DNA of 64,000 nt, taken from positions 224,001 to 288,000 of the forward strand of contig CAWFFN010000012.1 in assembly GCA_963815115.1 (NCBI GenBank), in the 5' to 3' direction. A model generated the notes under the pieces. The model was not told where the DNA came from. It ran no database searches and saw only the letters and a program-made list of their open reading frames with translations. The translations under genes were made by a program, and so were the position numbers. Origin of the DNA: an uncultured delta proteobacterium. Lineage in GTDB: Bacteria; Desulfobacterota; Binatia; DP-6. Positions 20,141-29,504 of the stretch are shown here, piece by piece. The number at the start of each line of letters is the position of its first letter. Position 1 is the stretch's first letter.

Positions 20141-21361
20141 TCAGGAGGTGAACGGGTTGCATGCCGTCTCCGGTGGCGCGCCCGGAATCGGGTCGTAGAT
20201 CTGCGCCGGGATGATGCACATCTCGTCGTCGGAGAGCGGCCCGAACACCAGGTTGGCCTCCACGCAGCGCCCGGTGCCGAATCCCTGGCAGTTGACGCCG
20301 GCCTCCCCGCACGGCCGCGCGTCGCCGAATTCCTCGCCCGCGGCGACGGCGTCGCGCCAGCGTACGCCCGGCGTGATGCCCGGCGCGGCCTCGCAGCCCA
20401 TCTTCATCTCCAGGCCGGCGGCGCCGTTGGCGTGCGTGCACGTGTAGCGCAGCCGCGGGTGGCCGTTCTCGGCGGTGTAGGCGCGCAGGAGGTTGCCCTT
20501 CGGCAGCACGCCGGTGAACGGGCGCGCGACGATGGACGGGTGCTGGTAGTCGTACACCTTCGGATCGAGCAGCGTGAACGGCTCCTTCCCGTCCTCCTCG
20601 TAGGTGATGGTGAAGTGCGTGCCACGCTTGTGCGTGTGCGTCGTCAAGAGCAGCAGGCAGACGTCGTGATCCGGGCGGAAGCCGCCCTCCGTGTTCGGGT
20701 CCGCGCCGCCGTCCGCCTGCCAGGTCGCGCTGACGCTGCGGACCTCGCCGGGCGGCACGTCGATGTCGTAGCTCGCGTCCACCGGCGTGACGCTGCGGAC
20801 GACCCGACGGGTGCCGTCATAGGGCGCGAGATGAAACTCGACTCGCACGAGCCCGCGCCCGGGCTTCGTGGTGTTGTTGAAGTAGTGGGAGTTGATCACG
20901 ACGATGGCGTCACCCGTGCCGCCCGAGTTGGGCAGGAGGGTGGCGAGTCCGAGAGGGGTGAGGCCCTGCGTCTCGAGCCACTTGCCATCGCGGCTGCGGG
21001 ACTCGCCGCCGGAGCCGGCGAGCTGAACGCGGTTTCGGAAGAAGTCGTCCGGCCCGAACCCGTTGCATCCCGGATCGTCGACGACGTCCCGCGGGTTCTT
21101 GCGCAGCGGGAACGCGGCGGCGTTGCTCCCGTTGTAGCCATAGATCACGAGGTGATGGGTCCCGACGTTGCCCTTCCTCCACGATCGCGATCGCACGTCG
21201 TACGACGTGATCTCCATCCCGGGCACGTCCGGGATGCGGATCGCCTGGCACACCTCGCGGTCCCGCTTCGCCTCGATCCGGAAGGGTCCGAGGGTCAGGC
21301 GGACGACCTTCTCCTTGCCGGCCGCCGGTACCGCGAGGGCAGTGCCGCGCGGCCGGTCAAG
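20141..21361 (-). CDS. Copper type II (PHM/DBM-like) monooxygenase-fold protein; start unresolved
   Basis: THHL, SHYFN, THTH and DEMC match the CuH/CuM ligand pattern; Cys-rich; no clean start codon upstream of a signal-peptide-like tail. Confidence 0.65.
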   Translation of the reverse strand, partial: LDRPRGTALAVPAAGKEKVVRLTLGPFRIEAKRDREVCQAIRIPDVPGMEITSYDVRSRSWRKGNVGTHHLVIYGYNGSNAAAFPLRKNPRDVVDDPGCNGFGPDDFFRNRVQLAGSGGESRSRDGKWLETQGLTPLGLATLLPNSGGTGDAIVVINSHYFNNTTKPGRGLVRVEFHLAPYDGTRRVVRSVTPVDASYDIDVPPGEVRSVSATWQADGGADPNTEGGFRPDHDVCLLLLTTHTHKRGTHFTITYEEDGKEPFTLLDPKVYDYQHPSIVARPFTGVLPKGNLLRAYTAENGHPRLRYTCTHANGAAGLEMKMGCEAAPGITPGVRWRDAVAAGEEFGDARPCGEAGVNCQGFGTGRCVEANLVFGPLSDDEMCIIPAQIYDPIPGAPPETACNPFTS

Positions 21362-21435
21362 GGGAGACGGCGCGCCGGTGCGAAAATCACCCGGCCGGGG
21401 GATGTCGAATCCAGCCTCGACGATGGCGCACCGTG

Positions 21436-22275
21436 TCAGCCGGCGGCGCCCACCGCACCGCAGAACGCACCGCCCGCAAGAAAAGAGGCCCGGTGGCCCA
21501 GATGGGTGGTGATCTCGCCGACGATGCGGCGGAGCGACGGGTTCTCCGACAGCGTCGAGCCGCAGTAGACCACCGTATCGACCGCAAGCCCGCGCGCGAA
21601 CCCGCCGCACAGGAGCGCGACGTTCTCGCCCACGAGTCCCATGAGCGCCTGTGCGAGGTCTTCGGGACGCGTGGAGGCGAGCTTCGCGAAGCTGGCGGCC
21701 GTGAGGTCCCGCAGCAGCGGTGCGACGGCGCCCCGATAGACGTCTCCGACGAGGAGGTCGACCGAGCGCCGGTCGCCGCGCTCCGCCATCGCCGCGATCT
21801 CCGCGAACGACTCGATGCCGACCAGGAGGCGGCCGAGCCCGAGCACCGTTCCGCCGCCGAGCGCCGTGCCGCCCACGCGCTCGACCCGCCCCTCGTCGAC
21901 CGCCAGCACCGACGTCCCGGTCCCGAGGGAGACGAGCAGGTAGCGATCGGGCAGGCCGATGCCCTCTTCCGCCGCCACCAGCGGGGCGCCGCGCGCCCAG
22001 GCCTCGAACTCCGGCACGTGCTCGATCGGAAGGCCAGCGACCTCCGTGCCGAGGCGGTCCGCACCCCCTCCCGTGGCCACGATCCGGGCCGGGCCCCAGG
22101 CCTCGACCAGGGCGCGGGCGCCGGCCAGGTCGGTGGAGGGATAGTGCGCCGTCGACAGCCCGTCGCGGCGGAGCGCGAGCTTGCAGAGCGTCGCACCGAC
22201 GTCGATGCCGGCGACGTCGCCGCGGGCCTCGTGTCCGGTCTTGACCGCGCCAGCGCCGGCCCCATCACCGCTCAT
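21436..22275 (-). CDS. coaW: Type II pantothenate kinase (fumble/CoaW-like)
   Basis: GIDVGATLCK, ATGGG, EFEAWARG, VSLGTGTS, VGGTALGGGT, VDLLVGDVY, AASFAK. Confidence 0.8.
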   Translation of the reverse strand: MSGDGAGAGAVKTGHEARGDVAGIDVGATLCKLALRRDGLSTAHYPSTDLAGARALVEAWGPARIVATGGGADRLGTEVAGLPIEHVPEFEAWARGAPLVAAEEGIGLPDRYLLVSLGTGTSVLAVDEGRVERVGGTALGGGTVLGLGRLLVGIESFAEIAAMAERGDRRSVDLLVGDVYRGAVAPLLRDLTAASFAKLASTRPEDLAQALMGLVGENVALLCGGFARGLAVDTVVYCGSTLSENPSLRRIVGEITTHLGHRASFLAGGAFCGAVGAAG

Positions 22276-22291
22276 GGCGCGCGAGACTACA

Positions 22292-22440
22292 CTACGGACG
22301 CGTGGCCAGCAGCACGGCCGTCGTGGACGCCCCGAGCCGTCCAGCGTGTCCGCGGTGAGAGGTCGGGACGTTCCGTCGCCGGCGAGGTCCGCCGCCTGGA
22401 CATCGGGCGCTCGCTCCTCCGCCGACCGGCAGCGCCGCCC
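22292..22440 (-). pseudogene. Possible degenerate FG-GAP repeat remnant
   Basis: Stitching frames gives LPVGGGASA-DVQAADLAGDG-PDL-LTADTLDGS-ASTTAVLL*. Confidence 0.35.
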
Positions 22441-22455
22441 CGGGAGATCCGGCTC

Positions 22456-23307
22456 TCAAGCCGGAAGGCCCATGCAGCCTCTCAGCGCGCGGAAGGCGCC
22501 GGTCCAGGCGCCCGCACGATCCCGGATGACGAGCGCCGGATCGATCCGCGTCGGATGGCGATGCTCGGCGCGCCGCATCGCCCAGACCGAGAACAGCACG
22601 CGCTTGTCCTCGCGCGGCACGACGTCCCGCCGCCGCACGATCGCCAGGCCGGCGCGCGCCGCCGCGCCCGTGACACGGCCGGCCTGCGCGGCGCCGGCGC
22701 AGGTGACGAACCATCCGTCCGGTGCGAGCAGCCGGGTCGCCGCCTCGACGTACGCTTCGACGCCGCCGCGTTGCTCGAGGTGACAGCCGGCCCACTGCGG
22801 GCGCCGCGAGCCGTGCGCGGTGCCCAGCGGAAGGTACGGCGGCGTCGCCGTGACGAGGTCGAAGGCCCTCTCCCCGGGCAGCGCCGCGGGATCGCGCAGG
22901 TCACCGCACCGGACCCGGCAGCGCGACTCGACGCCGTTCCAGGCGATCGAGCGCCGCGCCAGGTGGACGCTCGCCTGCTGCGCCTCGACGCCGTCGCCGT
23001 GCGCGGCAGGAAAGCGCCACGCGATCAGCAGCAGCACCGCGCCGATCCCGCAGCCGAGGTCGGCGAAGCGCCGCGGCGTCGCCTGCACGCAGTCGGCGGC
23101 GAACCAGGCCGTCACCAGGTCGTCGAGCGACCAGCGGTGGCCGCGGACGAGCTGGAGGATGCGCCAGTCGCCCGCGAGGTGACACAGATCCTCTCCCGCA
23201 CCCGGCCACAGGTCGGGCCGCTCGGCCGGTGCGGCGGGCGGCGGTCCGGGTGCACACCAGCCGGGTGGACGGCGCGGGCGGCGCACGATGCCGGCCGGCG
23301 CCGTCAC
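22456..23307 (-). CDS. SAM-dependent methyltransferase (tRNA1Val m6A37/YfiC-like)
   Basis: GHRWSLDD, ADLGCGIG, GVEAQ, GDLR, TATPPY; GTG overlaps the upstream stop. Confidence 0.8.
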   Translation of the reverse strand: MTAPAGIVRRPRRPPGWCAPGPPPAAPAERPDLWPGAGEDLCHLAGDWRILQLVRGHRWSLDDLVTAWFAADCVQATPRRFADLGCGIGAVLLLIAWRFPAAHGDGVEAQQASVHLARRSIAWNGVESRCRVRCGDLRDPAALPGERAFDLVTATPPYLPLGTAHGSRRPQWAGCHLEQRGGVEAYVEAATRLLAPDGWFVTCAGAAQAGRVTGAAARAGLAIVRRRDVVPREDKRVLFSVWAMRRAEHRHPTRIDPALVIRDRAGAWTGAFRALRGCMGLPA

Positions 23308-24698
23308 GTGGTCGCGAGGAGCGCGCCCGGGTTCATGATCCCGGCGGGATCGAGCGCGCGTTTCAGTGCGCGCAGTACCGGGTAGGCGTCGCCCAGCTCG
23401 CGCTCCAGCCACGGGACGCGCAGCCGGCCGATGCCGTGGTGGTGCGCGATCGTACCGCCCGCAGCGAGGGTCGCCTCCATGACGCGCGTCCAGGCCTGGA
23501 GGTAGGTGTCCTCGGCGCGCGCGAAGTCCTCCGGCTTGACGGCGAAGGTGATGTAGAGGTTCGTCCCCTGCGCGTAGCTGTGCGAGCTGTGTGCGCTGGC
23601 GGCGAGCATGCCGGGCACCGAGCCGAGCCCGGCCAGCACCGCGTCGTACAGAACCGCCACGCGATCCCACGTCGCCGCGATCTCGATGGTGTCGACCATC
23701 ATCTCGCGGTCCAGGAAGAAGTCCCACGATGGCACGCTGTTCCGATTCTCGAGCCAGTGCTCGACGGGGGCCGTCCCCAGCATCTTCGCGCCGCCGGCTG
23801 CGGCGGTGACCGCGGCCAGCTCCGCGTCCGCCATCGCCGCGGGCCCCTCGCAGACGACGAGCAGCAGGCAGGCGCCCGGCGGCGCCCACTCGTTGAAGGT
23901 GCGCGCGGTCTCGATCGCGTCGTAGAGCCGCAGCACGGCCGGGCGCCAGCCGACGCGGACGACGCGTCGGATCAGGTCGAGGCCCTCCGTCACGCTCGGC
24001 ACGACGAAGCTCTCGAGCAGGCGGCGCTCCGGAAGGGGGAACAGGCGCAGGGTCACCTCGGTGACGATGCCGAGCGTTCCCTCGCTGCCGAGGAAGATCT
24101 CGCGCAGCGACGGCCCGGTGGACGCGCGCGGCACCGGTGCCAGCCGGAGCGTATCGCCGCTCGGGAGCACCACTTCCAGGCCCAGCAGCAGATCCTCGAT
24201 GTTGCCGTACTTGGTCGAGAACTGCCCGGCCGATCGGGTGGCGACGAGACCGCCCAGCGTGGCGCGCTCGATCGACTGGGGATAGTGCCCGCTGGTGTAG
24301 CCGCGCGCGCCGAGCGCGCGCTCGTAGTCCCCGCCCAGCATGCCGGCCTGGGCACTCGCCAGCAGCGACGTTTCCTCGATCTCCAGCAGCCGGTCCATGG
24401 CGCGCAGGTCGATCACGACCGATCCCGCCGGAGGCACGGCGCCACCGAGCACTCCCGACCCGCCGCCGTACGGGACCACGGCGACGCCGTGGCGCTGCGC
24501 CGTGCGCACGGCGGCCGCCACCTCCGCCGTCGCGCGCGGGCGCACGATGCAGGCCGGCGGCGCGCCGAGACGCCCCTGGCGGGCACGAAGGTGCGCGAGG
24601 ATCCAGTAGTCGGTGCGGTGCGCGTCGAGAGCGGCCGCGTTCTCCGACACACGATCGTCGCCGAGCTCGCTGCGCAGCGCGTCTCCGATCTGGCTCAT
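23304..24698 (-). CDS. FAD-binding oxidoreductase, alkyl-DHAP synthase (AGPS/YgcU)-like
   Basis: PYGGGSGV, GHYPQS, TLGGLVATRSAGQFSTKYGNIED, GSEGTLGIVTE, HSSHSY, HHHGIG, DPAGIMNPG. Confidence 0.85.
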   Translation of the reverse strand: MSQIGDALRSELGDDRVSENAAALDAHRTDYWILAHLRARQGRLGAPPACIVRPRATAEVAAAVRTAQRHGVAVVPYGGGSGVLGGAVPPAGSVVIDLRAMDRLLEIEETSLLASAQAGMLGGDYERALGARGYTSGHYPQSIERATLGGLVATRSAGQFSTKYGNIEDLLLGLEVVLPSGDTLRLAPVPRASTGPSLREIFLGSEGTLGIVTEVTLRLFPLPERRLLESFVVPSVTEGLDLIRRVVRVGWRPAVLRLYDAIETARTFNEWAPPGACLLLVVCEGPAAMADAELAAVTAAAGGAKMLGTAPVEHWLENRNSVPSWDFFLDREMMVDTIEIAATWDRVAVLYDAVLAGLGSVPGMLAASAHSSHSYAQGTNLYITFAVKPEDFARAEDTYLQAWTRVMEATLAAGGTIAHHHGIGRLRVPWLERELGDAYPVLRALKRALDPAGIMNPGALLATT

Positions 24699-26302
24699 AC
24701 GAAGCTCCTCAGGCTCGCCGCCAGGCGGCGATAGTCGTCGATCTCGGCCGCGGTGCGCTCGGCGCTCCAGCCGAGGCGCTGCGACGCGATGGCCGCGGCC
24801 GCCTCGACGCCGTCGACGCCCTGGCGGCGGTCGAACGACAGGGAGCGCGTGCGGCGGTCGAGCACGTCCTGCAGCGTCAGGGCCATCTCCTCGTCCAGCG
24901 CGTACTCGATCTCTGCGCGCAGCACGCCGGGCAACCCCGTCACCGGCTCGCCGCTCGCGGGCTCCTCGGCGATGCGCTCGAGCAGGCGCTCGCAGGTGGC
25001 CCCGTGCAGTCGGAAGAGGCGCGCGGCCTGGTCGGCGGAGAGCTGCGGCAGCCGGCCCGCGATCGCCGCCGCATCGAGCGAGGTCGGCTGGCCGCCGGGC
25101 AGCGCGACCTCGTCGCTGCGGCACTCGGGCGCCCGGCGGTCGAGCCGGCTGAACACCAGGTCGACCACCCGCTCGGCCATGCGGCGGTAGGTGGTGAGCT
25201 TGCCGCCGGCGATGGAGATGAGGCCGGTCACCGGATCGGTGGCGATCTCCTCCTTGCGAGAGATCTCCGAGGGCGCCTTGCCCTCCTCGCGCAGGAGGGG
25301 GCGGAGGCCGGACCACGAAGCGAGCACGTCGGCGCGTGTGAGCGGCGGGCCGCCGAACGTGCGGTTCGCCGCGTCGAGGAGGTAGTCCGCATCGTCTCCC
25401 GTGACACCGGGGTGGAGTGCGGGCGCGTCGAACAGCGTGTCGGTGGTGCCGAGATAGGTGATGCCATCGCGCGGAACGGCGAACACCGAGCGCCGGTCGC
25501 GCGCCTGCATCACGATGGAATGGCGGAGCGGCAGCCGGTCGTGCCCGATGACCAGGTGGACGCCCTTGGTGAGCTGCAACCCTCGTCCGCGCGTGGCGCC
25601 GGCGCGCCGCCAGATCTCCTCCACCCAGGGTCCGGCGGCGTTGACCACGACGCGGGCGCGAGCGCGCAGCTCGACCCCGAGGACGGTGTCGCGCACCGCG
25701 ATCGAGCCACCGTCGATCGCCGTCACCTCGGCGTGGTTGGCGCACAGGGCGCCGGCCGCGGCCGCGCCCGCCACCGTGGCGAGCACGAGCCTGGCGTCAT
25801 CGGTGAGATACTCGACGAAGGCGGCCGCTCCATGCAGTCCGTCGGGCGCGAGACAGGGCTCGCGGGTGAGGGCCTCGTCGCGGTCCCACATCTCGTGGCG
25901 CTCCGCCGCGTCCACCGACGCGATCTTCTCGAAGGTCCACAGGCCGGCGCCGAGCTTCAGGTGGGTGGCGCGCCCGTACGTCGGCATCACCATCAAGAGC
26001 GGCGTCGCGAGGTGCGGCGCGATGCGACGGATGCGCGCGCGCTCGCCGGCCGCCTCGCGCACCAGGGCGATGTCGCCCTGCTGCAGGTAGCGCACGCCGC
26101 CGTGGATCAGCTTCGAGCTACGGCTGGAGGTCCCGGCCGCGAAGTCGACGGCTTCGATGAGCGCCACCGACAGGCCCCGCAGCGCGGCATCGCGCGCGAT
26201 GCCGGCGCCGGTGATGCCGCCGCCGACCACGAGCAGGTCGAGGTCGGCTGCCGGGAGGGCGGCAAGGGCGGCCGCTCGCGCCGCCGGAGACAACGCCGCC
26301 AT
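24695..26302 (-). CDS. glpD: Glycerol-3-phosphate dehydrogenase/oxidase
   Basis: VVGGGITGAGIARDAALRG, GTSSRSSKLIHGGVRYL, DDARL, KGVHL, GTTD, GLRPL, GGKLTTYRRMAE. Confidence 0.9.
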   Translation of the reverse strand: MAALSPAARAAALAALPAADLDLLVVGGGITGAGIARDAALRGLSVALIEAVDFAAGTSSRSSKLIHGGVRYLQQGDIALVREAAGERARIRRIAPHLATPLLMVMPTYGRATHLKLGAGLWTFEKIASVDAAERHEMWDRDEALTREPCLAPDGLHGAAAFVEYLTDDARLVLATVAGAAAAGALCANHAEVTAIDGGSIAVRDTVLGVELRARARVVVNAAGPWVEEIWRRAGATRGRGLQLTKGVHLVIGHDRLPLRHSIVMQARDRRSVFAVPRDGITYLGTTDTLFDAPALHPGVTGDDADYLLDAANRTFGGPPLTRADVLASWSGLRPLLREEGKAPSEISRKEEIATDPVTGLISIAGGKLTTYRRMAERVVDLVFSRLDRRAPECRSDEVALPGGQPTSLDAAAIAGRLPQLSADQAARLFRLHGATCERLLERIAEEPASGEPVTGLPGVLRAEIEYALDEEMALTLQDVLDRRTRSLSFDRRQGVDGVEAAAAIASQRLGWSAERTAAEIDDYRRLAASLRSFV

Positions 26303-26328
26303 GGCCCCGGCCTGCCCGGCTAGCAGAG

Positions 26329-26353
26329 CGACCCGAGACTCCGTCTCGGGTCG
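26329..26353. repeat. REP-like palindrome copy 1
   Basis: CGACCCGAGAC-TCC-GTCTCGGGTCG. Confidence 0.8.
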
Positions 26354-26448
26354 GGATGGAGAGCGAGAATGGGACTCGATGAACGGCGCGGCCGTCGTGC
26401 CGCGGCATCCGCCCGATCCACCGAACGCCACACGTTCGCCTCCGCTCT

Positions 26449-26473
26449 CGACCCGAGACGGAATCTCGGGTCG
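26449..26473. repeat. REP-like palindrome copy 2 (opposite orientation to copy 1)
   Basis: CGACCCGAGAC-GGA-ATCTCGGGTCG, one mismatch. Confidence 0.8.
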
Positions 26474-26478
26474 CCTTC

Positions 26479-27129
26479 CTACTGCTTCGCGCCGAGCTCG
26501 TCGAGGGTCGCCTGCGCCTCGGCGACCTTGTCGGCCCGGCCTTCTTCTTGCGCGATCTGCAGCGCGCGGGAGGCAAAGCCGAGCGCCTCGTCGCGATCAC
26601 CGCGTGCCCCGCAGGCCTGGGCGAGCGCGATGCGAGACGTCACGGCGTGCTCGTCACGCTGCACCACCGTGCGCAGCAGCCGCTCGCCTTCGACCGGGTC
26701 GCCGCCGAGCATCCGCGGCAGGCGCACGAGGAGGGTGCCCTTGGTGGCCATGGCGTCGATGTGGTTCGGATCGAGCTGGAGCGTGCGATCGACCTCGTTG
26801 AGCAGCCGGCGCAGCGAGAAGACGGAGGTGATTTTCTCGCCGTCGAGGCGCAGCAGCTCGCCCAGGTTGCACACCACGCCGAAGTGGGCCTGAGGGCTGC
26901 GATTGTCCAGCGCGATCGCCTGATTGGCGAGCGTTTCGCCTCGCTCGAAGTGCTCCTTCCGGGCGGCGCGCGTCTCGGCGTTCCGCCCGTCCTCGCACTC
27001 CCGCAATGCCTGCCTGGCGAGGTCGGAGGCGCTCTGGTCAGCGCGTGAAGCCGAGGGCAGGACGAGAACCGTCACCGCCACCAGCACCGAGATCCACCGG
27101 CACACCATGGGCATCAAGGAAAAAAACAT
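26479..27129 (-). CDS. Secreted TPR-like helical repeat protein
   Basis: Signal peptide; helical repeats, LQLDPNH, LPRMLGGD; start may be 27108. Confidence 0.65.
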   Translation of the reverse strand: MFFSLMPMVCRWISVLVAVTVLVLPSASRADQSASDLARQALRECEDGRNAETRAARKEHFERGETLANQAIALDNRSPQAHFGVVCNLGELLRLDGEKITSVFSLRRLLNEVDRTLQLDPNHIDAMATKGTLLVRLPRMLGGDPVEGERLLRTVVQRDEHAVTSRIALAQACGARGDRDEALGFASRALQIAQEEGRADKVAEAQATLDELGAKQ

Positions 27130-27150
27130 GCCCGGACCTCGCCTCCCGTG

Positions 27151-27861
27151 TCAAACGTCCCCGAGACTCTCGAGCCAGGAGGCCACCGCGGCGACGATTT
27201 CGGCCCGCACGTCCTCCTCGCTCCGTCCCCTGCCGCGCGGCAACCGGAAGCTGTGATCGGCATGCTCTATGGCGAGGAGCGTGGCGCGGGACAACCGGGC
27301 GAGGATGCTGCGCATCAGCGCCGCATCCGCCAGGGCGTCGCGCGTGCCCTGGACGAACAGCATCGGCACCGGGATCGCCGGGAGATGCGCGGCCCGCTCG
27401 ACGCCAGGGCGCCCGGCCGGGTGCAGCGGGAAGCCGAGGAAGATCAGTCCTTTCACCGGCGCGCCCGCTGCCGCCACGTGCGATGCAATCCGACCGCCCA
27501 TGGAGCGCCCGCCGATGGCGATCCAGGGCGGCGCCAGTCGTGCGTCCGTCTGCACGGCGTCCAGCACCGCGCGCCAGCAACGCTCGAGGACGGGCTGCCG
27601 ATCGGGAATGCGGCGCCCCGCTTCCCGGTACGGGAAGTCGAACGTGACGGTCGTCCAGCCGGCGTCCGCGAGACCCGTCTGAATGCCGGAGAGCGAGGCG
27701 TGACGCCGGCTCGACCCGGCTCCCGGCGCCAGCACCACGATCGGACTCCGTCCCGCCGCATGGCCGGCAGCCAGCGCGACACCTGCAGATACCCCGCCGC
27801 CCTGTGGCAGGGGCACTTGCATCTCGAAGCCATCTGACGGCACGCGCGTCGTGCATCGCAC
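27151..27861 (-). CDS. Alpha/beta hydrolase (dienelactone hydrolase-like)
   Basis: FDFPY, GGRSMGGR nucleophile elbow, GFPLHP, QGTRD, ADHSF; start uncertain (27822-27861). Confidence 0.85.
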   Translation of the reverse strand: MRCTTRVPSDGFEMQVPLPQGGGVSAGVALAAGHAAGRSPIVVLAPGAGSSRRHASLSGIQTGLADAGWTTVTFDFPYREAGRRIPDRQPVLERCWRAVLDAVQTDARLAPPWIAIGGRSMGGRIASHVAAAGAPVKGLIFLGFPLHPAGRPGVERAAHLPAIPVPMLFVQGTRDALADAALMRSILARLSRATLLAIEHADHSFRLPRGRGRSEEDVRAEIVAAVASWLESLGDV

Positions 27862-27934
27862 GGGACGTGCTGCGCCGCCACTCGCGACGGCGCGTCTCGA
27901 CTTGCGGGCACGATTGCGCTACCGAACCGCGCGC

Positions 27935-28537
27935 ATGGCGGCGCGCCCGGTCATCGGACTCACCGGCGGCATCGGCTCGGGGAAGAGCACCGTGGCGGCG
28001 ATGCTCGCCGATCTGGGCGCCGACATCATCGACACCGACAAGGTCGGGCACGACGTCTACCGTCCCGGGACGGAAGGCTTCACGCAGGTGACGGCGGCCT
28101 TCGGTCCCGGTGTGGTCGCGGCCGACGGCACGATCGATCGCCGCGCCCTGGCGGCGCGCGTCTTTGCCGACCCGCAGGCCTTGAAGCGCCTGAACGGGAT
28201 CGTTCATCCGCTGATCGGCGTCGCCGTGCGCGACTGGCTGGTGCGCGTTCAGGCAGAGCCGCGGACGACGCCGATCGTGGTCGAGGCCCCCGTTCTCATG
28301 GAGGCGGGCTGGCGCTTCTTCGACGAGGTGTGGGTGGTGATCGTCGAGCCCGAGACCGCGCTGGCCCGTGTCACCTCGTCGCGCGACATCACCGCCGACG
28401 AGGTCCGCCGCCGGCTCGCCGCCCAGCTGTCGAACGACGAGCGCCGCCGGCTGGCGGACCGGGTGATCGAGAACGACGGGACCCTGGCCGAGCTGCGAGC
28501 GAAGGTGAGAGCGGCGTGGGACGCTGTTGCGGGTTGA
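27935..28537 (+). CDS. coaE: Dephospho-CoA kinase
   Basis: IGLTGGIGSGKSTV, IDRRALA, LNGIVHP, VIENDG. Confidence 0.95.
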   Translation: MAARPVIGLTGGIGSGKSTVAAMLADLGADIIDTDKVGHDVYRPGTEGFTQVTAAFGPGVVAADGTIDRRALAARVFADPQALKRLNGIVHPLIGVAVRDWLVRVQAEPRTTPIVVEAPVLMEAGWRFFDEVWVVIVEPETALARVTSSRDITADEVRRRLAAQLSNDERRRLADRVIENDGTLAELRAKVRAAWDAVAG

Positions 28538-29439
28538 TCCTCGTCGCGGCGCTGTGGGCGACCACGGCGCACGGCAGCGGCGCGTGTGACGAGGGGCGCA
28601 GCGCCACCGGCCTCGCCCTGATCCTGCGCGCGGGGGTGCTCACGGTCGACGTGGTCGATCCCGGCTCGCCCGCGACCCGGGCCGGGCTCCGGCCGGGCGA
28701 CGCGATCCTCCAGGTGAACGACGTTCTTCCGCGCTCCTGCGCGCAGTTCGCCCGGGCGCTGGCGGCGGCGCGCGACGATCGCAAGGCGCTTCTCATTCTC
28801 GTGCGGCGCGGCGACACGGAGGTTCCGCTCGCTCTCGGGGCGGCGACCTGGGGTACGCCGGCTCCTGCTCAGTCGGAGGCCGGGCCCACGACCGGGCCGC
28901 CGTCGGTGGCCGCGCCGACGAGCCGGCCGGTGCCTCCGCCGCCTCCTCCGCTGCCACCCGAGACCGCCGTCTCCGTGGACGGCGTGCTCCGCGACCTGGC
29001 CGCGCTGGCACCTCCCGATAAGCCGCCCACGAGCCTGCCCGCATATCGAGACGCCGTCGTGCACGCCCGCCGCGAGGTCGAGACCCTGGCGGCGCGCAAG
29101 GCCGCGCCGGAGGACGTCGTCGCCGAGATGCGTTCGGTGCTGCGCTACTACGAGGGCGCGGCGATCGCCTGGGAGGCCATCGAGGGCGATCGCGAGCGCG
29201 AGCACCTGAGCCGCAAGCTCCCCGTGCCCGACAGCCTCGCGGTCCCGTACTTCACCGACTCGCCCGTTGCCTCACTGGTGGACGAGTTCGATTTCCTCGA
29301 CGGCACGGTCGCACGCCGGCCCACGGGTGGACGGATCGTGGAGGCCTCCGGCCTGTGGCGGCCCGTGTGGGCGCGGCTGCTTCTCTGGGAGCGCGGCGGT
29401 CAGGCCCTGGAGCAGCTCCGCAGCCGGGTCGGTCGCTAG
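28516..29439 (+). CDS. Secreted PDZ-domain protein with Pro-rich linker
   Basis: Signal peptide; VDPGSPATRAGLRPGDAILQVN PDZ; PPPPPP linker; unknown helical C-domain. Confidence 0.7.
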   Translation: MGRCCGLILVAALWATTAHGSGACDEGRSATGLALILRAGVLTVDVVDPGSPATRAGLRPGDAILQVNDVLPRSCAQFARALAAARDDRKALLILVRRGDTEVPLALGAATWGTPAPAQSEAGPTTGPPSVAAPTSRPVPPPPPPLPPETAVSVDGVLRDLAALAPPDKPPTSLPAYRDAVVHARREVETLAARKAAPEDVVAEMRSVLRYYEGAAIAWEAIEGDREREHLSRKLPVPDSLAVPYFTDSPVASLVDEFDFLDGTVARRPTGGRIVEASGLWRPVWARLLLWERGGQALEQLRSRVGR

Positions 29440-29465
29440 CCGCTCTCGTCGGTGGCCTGGACCTG

Positions 29466-29504
29466 GTCAGGCCTTCCTGTCAGGCCTTCTCGTCAGGTCT
29501 TTTT
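29466..29504. repeat. Three tandem 13-bp repeats giving TGA in all three minus-strand frames
   Basis: GTCAGGCCTTCCT / GTCAGGCCTTCTC / GTCAGGTCTTTTT. Confidence 0.75.

Noticed and set aside
26329-26473. Two 25-bp palindromic repeats as a mini CRISPR
   Set aside because: Only two copies, inverted, 95-bp spacer, no cas genes; further copies are dispersed, fitting REP
28955-28979. CCACCCGAGACCGCCGTCTCCGTGG resembling the REP motif
   Set aside because: Inside a coding region (PPETAVSV), imperfect; probably coincidence
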